In this document: positions 18,105 to 27,264 of the stretch, one piece after another
How the letters are laid out: each line of letters begins with the position of its first letter
Position numbering within the stretch: position 1 is the stretch's first letter
NCBI GenBank assembly: GCA_965232515.1
Contig: CBDDPY010000002.1
Coordinates: 1,280,001-1,344,000, forward strand
From: Alphaproteobacteria bacterium
GTDB lineage: Bacteria > Pseudomonadota > Alphaproteobacteria > GCA-2731375
Length of the DNA stretch: 64,000 nt
Direction: 5' to 3'
Translations under genes and position numbers: made by a program
The notes under the pieces: model-generated
What the model saw: only the letters and a program-made list of their open reading frames with translations
Told to the model about the DNA's origin: nothing
Database searches by the model: none

Positions 18105-19366
18105 CACTGTTGTCCGGTTTAGCCATGGGTGAAGTTGATTTTGAGCTGGCCATTGGATTTGGGCTTGTCGGGCGGTGGGTCGAAGAGGTGGGCGAGCGGC
18201 CTGCGCTGGAAGCTCGTCTTGGCGACCAGTCGGGCGATGGCTTGGAGCCCAAGGCTGGTGCCGGTTCTGATCTGGGCCAGACGCAGCAGCAGATAAGCGA
18301 TCAGCGCGGTGAGGATCTGGATGCGCACGGCATTCTCGTTGCTGCCCAGGAAGTGCCGGATCTTCAGGTTCTGCTTGATCCACTTGAAGAACAGCTCGAT
18401 CTGCCAGCGTTGTTTGTAAAGCGTGGCGATCTCGCTGGCCGGCGCCGTCAGATCGTTGCTGACGAGCGTGATCTCGCGGCCGCTGTCGATCACCACGCGG
18501 ACCAGCCGGACCGGCTTGTCGAACGGGTTCCGGCGGTTGCGCGCCAGCCGTTCGGACAATCGCACGACCTGATCAGCCCGCACCGGCCCCTCGGCCGCCA
18601 GCGGCCGGGTCTCGATCAGCCGCACCGGCGAATTGCGCTTTAGCCGGGTGACGAACCGGCAACCGCGAGCATCGAGCGCGGCCCAGAAGCCGAAGTCGTA
18701 GTAGCCCTTGTCGAACACATAGGTGGCGCCGGCCTCAAGCGGGAAGCGCTTGGCCGGCGTGATGTCGTTGACCTGGGCCGAGGTCACGGCAAAACACACC
18801 GGCCCCGCTACCTGCGGGTCGTAGACCACGTGCAGCTTCACACAGCCATCGGCCTGCCAGCTGCTGATCCGCTTGCCGACCACGACCCGGGTCGCATCGA
18901 TCAACCGCAGCATCTCCCGGCGGCAACGCCCCGACACCTGCTGGTCCAACTGCGCCACCAGCGCCTGCAACACAGCCTCGAACAACGCCACAGGCCGCTG
19001 CCGATTGGCATCCGACAAGGTCGACCGCCGCACCGGCTTCAGACCCAGATGTGCATGACTGCCCGGAAACCGCTCCATCGCGCCGACCACCTCGCGCAGA
19101 GACTGCGACCCCGACAGCTGCGCAAACACCATGCTCAGAAACTGCGTCCAGCAGGGCAGACGCCGTACCCGGTGGTCGGCTCCGTGAGCGGTGACAAACT
19201 TTTCAAACCGCCAGCGCGGAAAGGCCTTCATCAAGCCGCCGAAAACCGTATCCTGATAGCGCATGGCTTGGGCTCCTCACCGAGCTTCAATTCAACCGAT
19301 CGTTCCCAAAATCAGTTGAATCCAAGCCATGCAGCCTGTCCACAAATTCTAAACCGGACAACAGTG
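18105..19366 (-). mobile_element. Complete IS4-family insertion sequence (1262 bp)
   Basis: Perfect 18-bp terminal inverted repeats CACTGTTGTCCGGTTTAG (18105-18122) and CTAAACCGGACAACAGTG (19349-19366); 9-bp direct repeats GGTCAAGCC at 18096-18104 and 19367-19375. Confidence 0.93.
18119..19264 (-). CDS. IS4-family DDE transposase
   Basis: LIDAT, VFDKGY and YKQRWQIELFFKWIKQ (YREK signature); the stop codon lies inside the terminal repeat. Confidence 0.93.
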   Translation of the reverse strand: MRYQDTVFGGLMKAFPRWRFEKFVTAHGADHRVRRLPCWTQFLSMVFAQLSGSQSLREVVGAMERFPGSHAHLGLKPVRRSTLSDANRQRPVALFEAVLQALVAQLDQQVSGRCRREMLRLIDATRVVVGKRISSWQADGCVKLHVVYDPQVAGPVCFAVTSAQVNDITPAKRFPLEAGATYVFDKGYYDFGFWAALDARGCRFVTRLKRNSPVRLIETRPLAAEGPVRADQVVRLSERLARNRRNPFDKPVRLVRVVIDSGREITLVSNDLTAPASEIATLYKQRWQIELFFKWIKQNLKIRHFLGSNENAVRIQILTALIAYLLLRLAQIRTGTSLGLQAIARLVAKTSFQRRPLAHLFDPPPDKPKSNGQLKINFTHG

Positions 19367-19464
19367 GGTCAAGCCCGGCAATGACGCGTAGTTTGGGTTT
19401 TCTTTGCGCTTTCCGTCATGCCCGGACTTGATCCGGGCATCCAGAGATACAGACGCCTTCAGCG

Positions 19465-21546
19465 TCACCCAGACCGCAGATATTTGACGGCGGCGTCGCG
19501 TTCGAAGAGGTAGAGCAGAACGCGGAGCGCCTGGCCGCGCGGGCCCTGCAGATCCGGGTCGGTTTCGAGCACCAGCCGGCAGTCGTCGTGGGCCACCTGC
19601 ATGAGGTCGCGATGGGCGTCGAGATCGGCGAGGCGGAAGGACGGCAGGCCGCTCTGGCGGGTGCCGAGCACTTCGCCGGCACCGCGCAGGCGCATATCTT
19701 CCTCGGCGATGACGAAGCCGTCGTCGGTCTCGCGCATGGTGCGGATGCGCGCCCGCGCCGTCTCGGTCAATGGGTCCGTGTAGAGCAGGAGGCAGGTGCC
19801 GGGCCGGCCGCCACGGCCGACGCGGCCGCGCAACTGGTGCAACTGCGCGAGGCCGAAGCGCTCGGCGTGCTCGATCACCATGACGGTGGCTTCGGGAACG
19901 TCGACGCCGACCTCGACGACCGTGGTGGCGACCAGAATGCGGATGTCGCCGGCGGTAAAGGCGTCCATGACCGCGTCCTTTTCCGGCCCTTTCATGCGGC
20001 CGTGCACCAGGCCCACGATCTCACCGAAGACCTGACGAAGGGCGGCGTAGCGGTCCTCGGCGGCGGCGAGGTCGAGGGTGTCGGATTCCTCGACCAGCGG
20101 ACAGACCCAGTAGACGCGGGCGCCGTCGGCCAGCACCCGGCGCAGGCCCTCGACGATTTCGCCCAGCCGCGACAGCGGCATGGAGCGCGTGTCGACGGGC
20201 GCGCGGCCCGGCGGTTTCTCGTCCAACTTCGAGACGTCCATGTCGCCATAGGCCGTCAGCGTCAGCGTGCGCGGGATCGGCGTCGCGGTCATGACCAGCA
20301 CGTCGACAGCCTTGCCCTTGGCGCCGAGCAGCAGGCGCTGGTGCACGCCGAAGCGGTGCTGCTCGTCGATCACGACCATCGCCAGGTCGCGGAATTCGAC
20401 GGCCTCCTGGAACAGCGCATGGGTGCCGACGGCGATCGCGGCCTCGCCATTGGCGATGCGCGCCAGCACTTCCTCGCGCGCCTTGCCCTTCAACCGGCCG
20501 GTCAGCAGCACGATTTCGACGCCGGCGGCGGCGCAGAGCGGCGTCAAGGTCTCGAGATGCTGCCTTGCCAGGATCTCGGTCGGCGCCATCAGGGCGGCCT
20601 GGGCACCGCCTTCGACCGCTATCAGCATGGCCATCAACGCGACCACGGTCTTGCCGCTGCCGACGTCGCCCTGCAAGAGCCGCAGCATGCGCGACGAACC
20701 CGCCATATCGGCCGAAATCTCGGCAAGCGTCCGGGTTTGCGCCGAGGTCAGCGCGTAGGGCAGGGCGGCCGCGACCTTGGCGCGCAGCCGGCCGTCGCCC
20801 TCGATCCTGCGGCCGGCGAGCCGTCGCATCTGCGCCCGCACCAGGGCCAGCGCCAACTGGTTCGCCAGCAGCTCGTCATAGGCCAGGCGCTGCCGCGCGG
20901 CATGGGTCGGCTCCAGATCGGTCTCCGTCTCCGGCGCGTGCGCCCGCCGCAATGCCGTACGCCAGTCGGCCCAGTCCTGCCGCTGCCGCCAGGCCGGGTC
21001 CTGCCACTCCGGCAGTTCGGGCAGCTCGGCCAGCGCGGCCGTGACGGCGCGCGTCAGCGGCTTCGGCGTCAGGCCCTCGGTCAGGCGGTAGACCGGCTCG
21101 ACCAGGGGCAGGCTGGCGAATTCCTCGACCGGCACCACATGGTCGGGGTGCGGCATTTGCGGCCGGTCGTTGAAATAGGCCATGCGGCCACTGACCACCC
21201 GCGTCGCGCCGATGGGCAGCAGCTCGTTGAGGTAGTCCGCCCGGGCATGGAAGAACACAAGCGTCAGCGTGCCGCTGTCGTCGAAACACTCGACCCGGTA
21301 GGGCACGCGGCGGTTCGGCGGCGGCTGGTGCCGGTCGACCCGCACGGTGAGGGTGACCATGGCGCCGTCGGGCGCATTCGCAACCGACGGGCGGAAGCGG
21401 CGGTCGACGATACCGACCGGAAGGTGCCAACAGAGATCGATCAGCCGGGGACCGGCCACCTTTTCGATCAGCTTAGCGATGCGCGGCCCGACACCCTTCA
21501 GCGTCGTGGTCTGGCGGAACAGCGGCGAGAGAATATCGGGGCGCAT
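19465..21546 (-). CDS. recG: ATP-dependent DNA helicase RecG
   Basis: Motifs RLLQGDVGSGKT, DEQHRFGV, MTATPIPRTL, GLAQLHQLRGRVGRG, DGFVIAEEDMRLRG. Confidence 0.97.
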   Translation of the reverse strand: MRPDILSPLFRQTTTLKGVGPRIAKLIEKVAGPRLIDLCWHLPVGIVDRRFRPSVANAPDGAMVTLTVRVDRHQPPPNRRVPYRVECFDDSGTLTLVFFHARADYLNELLPIGATRVVSGRMAYFNDRPQMPHPDHVVPVEEFASLPLVEPVYRLTEGLTPKPLTRAVTAALAELPELPEWQDPAWRQRQDWADWRTALRRAHAPETETDLEPTHAARQRLAYDELLANQLALALVRAQMRRLAGRRIEGDGRLRAKVAAALPYALTSAQTRTLAEISADMAGSSRMLRLLQGDVGSGKTVVALMAMLIAVEGGAQAALMAPTEILARQHLETLTPLCAAAGVEIVLLTGRLKGKAREEVLARIANGEAAIAVGTHALFQEAVEFRDLAMVVIDEQHRFGVHQRLLLGAKGKAVDVLVMTATPIPRTLTLTAYGDMDVSKLDEKPPGRAPVDTRSMPLSRLGEIVEGLRRVLADGARVYWVCPLVEESDTLDLAAAEDRYAALRQVFGEIVGLVHGRMKGPEKDAVMDAFTAGDIRILVATTVVEVGVDVPEATVMVIEHAERFGLAQLHQLRGRVGRGGRPGTCLLLYTDPLTETARARIRTMRETDDGFVIAEEDMRLRGAGEVLGTRQSGLPSFRLADLDAHRDLMQVAHDDCRLVLETDPDLQGPRGQALRVLLYLFERDAAVKYLRSG

Positions 21547-21646
21547 GGCCGTACCGTAGCGGTGTCAAATCGTCTTTGCACCATGCCCGAGGCTGACAGG
21601 CCGGGGGCCGCGGGTTATATGCTGTCGCAGCAAGGGAACTTACCGC

Positions 21647-21919
21647 ATGAACGACGATTCCGAGATCCGGCGCAAGCGCCTGAGATACCGTAGCTGGCAC
21701 CGGGGCACCAAGGAGCTCGACATGTTTTTCGGCGCCTTTGCCGACAAGCATCTCGACGAGCTCACCGACGCGCAGGTCGACCGCTACGAGGCCATCATCG
21801 AGCAGGACGAGCATGCCATTTACGGCTGGCTGGTGCGCCGGCAGCCGGTGCCGCCGGAGCTGGACAACGACGTCATGCGGATGATCCTGAACTTCAAGTT
21901 CGAACCGACGGGAAGTTGA
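21647..21919 (+). CDS. sdhE: Succinate dehydrogenase FAD assembly factor
   Basis: RRKRLRYRSWHRGTKELD (RGxxE motif); position between recG and mfd. Confidence 0.9.
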   Translation: MNDDSEIRRKRLRYRSWHRGTKELDMFFGAFADKHLDELTDAQVDRYEAIIEQDEHAIYGWLVRRQPVPPELDNDVMRMILNFKFEPTGS

Positions 21920-24900
21920 CGGACATCGACCGCATATTGGCCGGCGCCGGGCGGGTCACGGTCGCGGGCGCGCCGGAGGGGCTCGACGGGCGGATCATCG
22001 CGCGGCTGGCGGCGGATGCGGCCGGCGGCATGCTGCACATCGCGCGCGACGATGCGCGAATGGCGGCGTTGGCGCAGTCCATTGGCTTTTTCGCGCCCGA
22101 TCTCGAGGTTCTGCGCCTGCCGGCCTGGGACTGCCTGCCGTACGACCGCGTGTCGCCGAACGGCGAGGTGTCGGCGCAGCGCATGGACGCGTTGGCGCGC
22201 CTCGCCGCGCGGGCCGAAACCGGTGCGACGGCGCCGTTCGTGCTGCTGACGACGGTCAACGCCGCAGTGCAGCGGGTGCCGGCGCGCGACTTGCTACGCG
22301 ACGCGACCCTGCGGACGCGGGTGGGCGAGACGCTCGACCTCGACGTGCTGCTGAACTTCCTGGTGCGCAACGGCTTCACGCGCACCGGCACGGTCATGGA
22401 GGCGGGCGAGTTCGCGACGCGCGGCGGTATCATCGACATCTTTCCACCGGGCGCGGAATCGCCGTTGCGGCTCGATTTCTTCGGCGACACGCTGGAGACG
22501 ATCCGGGTATTCGATCCGCTGACCCAGCGCACCATCGGCAAACAGAACAGCATCGATCTGGTGCCGGTGTCGGAGGTGCTGCTGACCGAGGAAACCATCA
22601 CGCGTTTCCGCAGCGGCTATCGGGCGTTGTTCGGCGCGGTGACCGACGACGATCCACTCTATACCGCCGTGTCCGAGGGCCGAAAGCATATCGGCATGGA
22701 GCACTGGCTGCCGCTCTACCACGAGCGTCTCGAGAGCGTGTTCGACTATCTGCCGGACGCGATGCTGAGCCAGGACCATCTGGTCGACGAGGCGCGCGAG
22801 GCCAGGCTGACGCAGATCCAGGAGCACTACGACGCCCGCGCCGAGGCGGCCGAGACCCGCAGCTACGGCCAGGCGCCGATCTACAAGCCGGTGCCGCCGG
22901 ACCGGCTCTATCTGCTGGACGAGGAATGGCGCACGACGACCGGCGGCCGGCGCATCGCCGCCTTCACGCCGTTCCAGGTGCCGCCCGGCGACAACGTGGC
23001 TGACGCCGGCGGCCGGCAGGGCCGCAAGTTCACGGCCGAGCGGGCGCAGGACGACGTCAATGTGTTCGACGCGCTGCGCGGCCATATCGAGGCGCAACGC
23101 AAGCAGGGGCGCCGCATCGTCGTCGCCGGCTACAGCACCGGTTCGGCCGACCGCCTGAGCCTGGTGCTGCAGGATCACGGTATCGACCGTCTGACGCCCG
23201 CCGCCGACGGACCGGCCGTCGAGGCCTTGCCGCCCGACGCGATCGGCCTGGTGGTGCTGCCGCTGGAAGACGGCTTCGAGACCGACGACCTGACGGTGAT
23301 CGGCGAGCAGGACATCCTGGGCGACCGGCTGGTCCGGGCCCAGCGCCGCAGCCGCCGCGCCGAGGACATGATCAGCGAGGTCGCCGAGTTGGCGACCGGC
23401 GACCTGGTGGTGCATGTCGAGCACGGCATCGGCCGCTACGAGGGCCTGCAAACGATCGACGTGGGCGGCGCGCCGCACGACTGCCTACACGTCACGTATG
23501 ACGGCGGCGACAAGCTCTACGTGCCGGTCGAGAATATCGAGGTGTTGTCGCGCTACGGTTCGGAGAACCTGAGCGTGCCGCTGGACCGGTTGGGCGGGGC
23601 CGGCTGGCAGGCGCGCAAGTCACGGCTGAAGCAGCGTATCCGGGATATCGCCGAGCAGTTGATCAAGGTGGCGGCTGCCCGCGAGCTGAAATCGGCGATC
23701 AAGATCCAGCCGCCGGACGGCATGTTCGACGAATTCTGCGCCCGCTTTCCCTATGAGGAGACCGAGGACCAGACCAACGCCATCGGCGATGTGTTCGCGG
23801 ACCTCGACCGCGGCCGGCCGATGGACCGGCTGGTCTGCGGCGACGTCGGCTTCGGCAAGACCGAGGTGGCGCTGCGCGCGGCTTTCGCGGCGGTGATGAC
23901 GGGCGGGCAGGTGGCGGTGGTGACGCCGACGACGCTGCTGTCGCGCCAGCACTACCAGACCTTCACGGACCGGTTCGCCGGCATGCCGGTCAAGGTGCGG
24001 CAACTGTCGCGCATGGTGCCGACGAAAGAAGCGAACGAGACCCGCGGCGGGCTCACGAGCGGCGACGTCGATATCGTCATCGGCACGCATGCACTGCTGG
24101 CCAAGTCTGTCAGCTTCAAGAGCCTGACCCTGCTGATCGTCGACGAGGAACAGCATTTCGGCGTCACGCACAAGGAGCGCCTGAAGCAGCTGAAGGCGAA
24201 CGTGCATGTGCTGACGCTGTCGGCGACGCCGATCCCGCGCACGCTGCAGCTCGCCATGAGCGGCGTCAAGGAGTTGAGCCTGATCGCGACGCCACCGGTC
24301 GACCGCCTTGCCGTGCGCACCTTCGTGCTGCCGTTCGACGAGGTGGTGGTGCGGGAGGCGGTGCTGCGGGAGCATTATCGCGGCGGCCAGACCTTCTATG
24401 TCTGCCCGCGCATCAGTGACCTGCCCGAGGCCGAGCAGTTCCTGCGCGAGCACGTGCCGGAAGTGAAATATGTGGTCGCGCACGGCCAGATGCCGCCGAC
24501 GCAGCTGGAAGACGTGATGAGCCGGTTCTACGACGGCGGCTACGATGTGCTGATCTCGACCACGATCATTGAATCCGGGCTGGATATTCCGTCGGCCAAC
24601 ACCATGGTCGTGCACCGCGCCGACATGTTCGGCCTGGCCCAGCTCTATCAGCTGCGGGGCCGCATCGGACGATCCAAGGTGCGGGCCTATGCCTATTTCA
24701 CGCTGCCGCCGCGCAAGACGCCGACGGCGAACGCCGAGAAGCGCCTCAAGGTGCTGCAGTCGCTGGACACGCTGGGCGCCGGGTTCAGCCTGGCGAGCCA
24801 CGATCTCGACATCCGCGGCGCCGGCAACCTGCTGGGCGAGGAGCAGTCCGGGCACATCCGCGAGGTCGGCCTGGAGCTCTATCAGCAGATGCTGGAAGAA

Positions 24901-25422
24901 GCCGTCGCGGTGGCCAAGGGTGGCGAGGCGGCGGACGACGCCGACGTCGGCTGGTCGCCGCAGATCAATATCGGCACCGCGGTGTTGATCCCGGAGCGCT
25001 ATGTCGCAGACCTCAATGTGCGGCTGGGGCTTTACCGCCGGCTCGGCCACCTGGAAGACCAGGCCGAGATCGACGGCTTCGCGGCCGAACTGATCGACCG
25101 GTTCGGGCCGCTGCCGACCGAGGTCGAGCACCTGCTGCAGATCGTCGCCATCAAGCGGCTCTGCCGACAGGCCAATGTCGAAAAGCTGGAGGCCGGGCCG
25201 AAGGGCGCGACGCTGGCCTTCCGCAACGACTCGTTCGCCGATCCCGCCGGGCTCGTCGGCTTCATCAACGAGCAGGCCGGCACGGCGAAGCTACGGCCGG
25301 ACCACCGGCTGGTCTACATGCGGCAATGGGACGAGGCGGACGACCGCCTGAAAGGCGCGCACGATCTGGTGCGGCGGCTGGCCAAGCTGGCTCAGTCGCC
25401 GGCGGCTTCCTCGGCAGCCTGA
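21916..25422 (+). CDS. mfd: Transcription-repair coupling factor
   Basis: Motifs LPYDRVSP, RGGIIDIF, GDLVVHVEHGIGRY, CGDVGFGKTEV, DEEQHFGV, HDLDIRGAGNLLG; 1168 aa. Confidence 0.97.
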   Translation: MTDIDRILAGAGRVTVAGAPEGLDGRIIARLAADAAGGMLHIARDDARMAALAQSIGFFAPDLEVLRLPAWDCLPYDRVSPNGEVSAQRMDALARLAARAETGATAPFVLLTTVNAAVQRVPARDLLRDATLRTRVGETLDLDVLLNFLVRNGFTRTGTVMEAGEFATRGGIIDIFPPGAESPLRLDFFGDTLETIRVFDPLTQRTIGKQNSIDLVPVSEVLLTEETITRFRSGYRALFGAVTDDDPLYTAVSEGRKHIGMEHWLPLYHERLESVFDYLPDAMLSQDHLVDEAREARLTQIQEHYDARAEAAETRSYGQAPIYKPVPPDRLYLLDEEWRTTTGGRRIAAFTPFQVPPGDNVADAGGRQGRKFTAERAQDDVNVFDALRGHIEAQRKQGRRIVVAGYSTGSADRLSLVLQDHGIDRLTPAADGPAVEALPPDAIGLVVLPLEDGFETDDLTVIGEQDILGDRLVRAQRRSRRAEDMISEVAELATGDLVVHVEHGIGRYEGLQTIDVGGAPHDCLHVTYDGGDKLYVPVENIEVLSRYGSENLSVPLDRLGGAGWQARKSRLKQRIRDIAEQLIKVAAARELKSAIKIQPPDGMFDEFCARFPYEETEDQTNAIGDVFADLDRGRPMDRLVCGDVGFGKTEVALRAAFAAVMTGGQVAVVTPTTLLSRQHYQTFTDRFAGMPVKVRQLSRMVPTKEANETRGGLTSGDVDIVIGTHALLAKSVSFKSLTLLIVDEEQHFGVTHKERLKQLKANVHVLTLSATPIPRTLQLAMSGVKELSLIATPPVDRLAVRTFVLPFDEVVVREAVLREHYRGGQTFYVCPRISDLPEAEQFLREHVPEVKYVVAHGQMPPTQLEDVMSRFYDGGYDVLISTTIIESGLDIPSANTMVVHRADMFGLAQLYQLRGRIGRSKVRAYAYFTLPPRKTPTANAEKRLKVLQSLDTLGAGFSLASHDLDIRGAGNLLGEEQSGHIREVGLELYQQMLEEAVAVAKGGEAADDADVGWSPQINIGTAVLIPERYVADLNVRLGLYRRLGHLEDQAEIDGFAAELIDRFGPLPTEVEHLLQIVAIKRLCRQANVEKLEAGPKGATLAFRNDSFADPAGLVGFINEQAGTAKLRPDHRLVYMRQWDEADDRLKGAHDLVRRLAKLAQSPAASSAA

Positions 25423-26090
25423 GCCACCGGCGCTGACTGGGCGTCGGATCGGCCCGCGGCCGCCTCGCGGGTGGTCAGATCGAACACGTTGACCAGCACC
25501 GAGGGGTCCTGGGCGCCGGAGACGGCGTATTTCCGGTCGATGATGAAGCAGGGTACGCCGTTGATGCCCATGCGCCGGGCCAGCATTTCCTCGGCCTTGA
25601 CCTGCTCGACATCGACGTCGTTGTCGTAGTTGCTCGCGACCTCGTCGGCCGACATGCCGCAGGCGCCGGCCACCTCGGCCAGCACCGCCCGGTCGCCGAT
25701 ATCGGCGCCCTCGCGGAAATAGCGGGTGAACAGCATCTCGACCACGGCGTCCTGGACGCCCGCCGTCGCGGCCCAGCGGATCAGCCGATGGGAGTCGAAG
25801 GTATTCGGCTGCTGCTGGATGGCGTCGAACTGAAAGTCGAGCTCCTCGCTGCGGCCCGCCGCCTCGACATTGGCGTAGATCTTGGACGCGCGCTCCGGGC
25901 CGCCGAATTTCAGGCTCAGATATTGCGGCCGCGGCATGCCGCCCGACGGCATGTCGGGATTGAGCTGAAACGGCCGCCAGCCGATCTGATAGTCGAACTG
26001 CGGCCGCTGGGCGACCGCCTTCTCGAGCCGGCGCTTGCCGATAAAGCACCAGGGGCAGACCGTGTCGGAAATGATGTCGATCGAGATCAT
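25392..26090 (-). CDS. DsbA-family (FrnE-like) oxidoreductase
   Basis: Motifs IISDTVCPWCFIGKRRL, PFQLNP, GVPCFII, SGAQ; start reassigned to 26090. Confidence 0.88.
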   Translation of the reverse strand: MISIDIISDTVCPWCFIGKRRLEKAVAQRPQFDYQIGWRPFQLNPDMPSGGMPRPQYLSLKFGGPERASKIYANVEAAGRSEELDFQFDAIQQQPNTFDSHRLIRWAATAGVQDAVVEMLFTRYFREGADIGDRAVLAEVAGACGMSADEVASNYDNDVDVEQVKAEEMLARRMGINGVPCFIIDRKYAVSGAQDPSVLVNVFDLTTREAAAGRSDAQSAPVAQAAEEAAGD

Positions 26091-26291
26091 CGGATGGACC
26101 ACAAATGGGTTGGCGTTCGGCCCGCGGCTGCCGGCCTCTGGCATAAGATAGGGGCTCAGGCGCTGTGCGTTAAGCCATAATGCGGCCCGCCGTCGATCAC
26201 GCTCGCGCGAGGCATTGGCTTGACCGGACCGGCCTGAAATTCGAGAGTGCGATCATTAGCGTTAACGACTGGTGAAGGGGTCCGCAAAGGC

Positions 26292-27050
26292 ATGACCGCA
26301 TTCGATCTCAACGGCAAGGTGGCGCTGGTCACCGGCGCGTCCAGCGGCCTCGGCCACCGCTTCGCCCTGACACTGGCCCGGGCCGGCGCCCATGTCGCCA
26401 TCGCCGCCCGCCGCACCGAGCGTCTGGCCGACCTGCAGGCCGAGATCGAGGCCTTCGACGGACGGGCGTTGCCGATCAAGCTCGACGTGCGCGACCCCGA
26501 CGATATCGCCGCCACGGTCGACGGGGCCGAGACCGAGCTCGGACCCATCGGCATCCTGGTCAACAATGCCGGCGTCGCCGTGCAGAAGCCGGCCCAGGAC
26601 TTCACGGCCGAGGACTATGACTTCGTCATGGACACCAATCTGAAGGGGTCCTGGTTCCTGGCCCAGTCCGTGGGCAAGCGGATGATCAGCCACGGCCATG
26701 GCGGCAAGATCATCAATATCGCCTCGGTACTGGCGCTCAGGGTGGTAAGCCAGCTCGCGCTCTACGCCATGTCGAAGGCGGCCGTCGCGCAGATGACCAA
26801 GGCGCTGGCGCTGGAATGGTCGCGCTACGACATTCAGGTGAACGCCATCTGCCCCGGTTATATCGAGACCGAGATGAACCGCGACTACTGGCAGACGCCG
26901 GGCGGGCAGGCGCTGATCAACATGCTGCCACGGCGGCGGGTCGGCCAACCGGACGTGCTCGACGGCACGCTTCTGCTGCTGGCCTCCGGCCAGTCCGACT
27001 TCATGACCGGCGCCGTGATCCCGGTCGACGACGCCCAGACGCTGATGTGA
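26292..27050 (+). CDS. Classical SDR oxidoreductase
   Basis: Motifs TGASSGLG, LVNNAG, YAMSK, VNAICPGY. Confidence 0.9.
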   Translation: MTAFDLNGKVALVTGASSGLGHRFALTLARAGAHVAIAARRTERLADLQAEIEAFDGRALPIKLDVRDPDDIAATVDGAETELGPIGILVNNAGVAVQKPAQDFTAEDYDFVMDTNLKGSWFLAQSVGKRMISHGHGGKIINIASVLALRVVSQLALYAMSKAAVAQMTKALALEWSRYDIQVNAICPGYIETEMNRDYWQTPGGQALINMLPRRRVGQPDVLDGTLLLLASGQSDFMTGAVIPVDDAQTLM

Positions 27051-27096
27051 GAGTTTGAGACCGTATCCGAGATGTCTTCCCCGACCCGCCCCATAT

Positions 27097-27182
27097 CGTC
27101 ATGCTGGCGGAGGCCAGCATCCAGGGGCATCGCAACATGGCGACGGTAAAGCAAGTGGATCCTGGCCTTCGCCAGGATGACG
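27097..27182. repeat. REP-like palindrome doublet (short subfamily)
   Basis: CGTCATGCTGGCGGAGGCCAGCATCCA (27097-27123) and TGGATCCTGGCCTTCGCCAGGATGACG (27156-27182). Confidence 0.85.
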
Positions 27183-27264
27183 GCGGTGGCCGGACCGAAC
27201 GCGACGCCTTTGGTCGCGCGCTGGGTCGGATGACACAAACAACACTGGGGAGGGGCGACCGGCG

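Larger units (their letters stand above)
18085..19444. repeat. REP-like doublet whose first unit is interrupted by the IS element
   Basis: Removing the IS and one target-duplication copy restores CTGGATTGCCGGGTCAAGCCCGGCAATGACG; then a 27-nt spacer and CGTCATGCCCGGACTTGATCCGGGCATCCAG (19414-19444). Confidence 0.85.

Noticed and set aside
25392-25422. 31-bp convergent overlap of mfd and the DsbA-family gene
   Set aside because: Both overlapping tails are low-complexity and Ala-rich; such 3' overlaps are common in high-GC genomes.
5200-27182. Palindromic repeats with spacers as a possible CRISPR array
   Set aside because: Units occur only as dispersed inverted pairs, not tandem direct repeats, and no cas genes are present.
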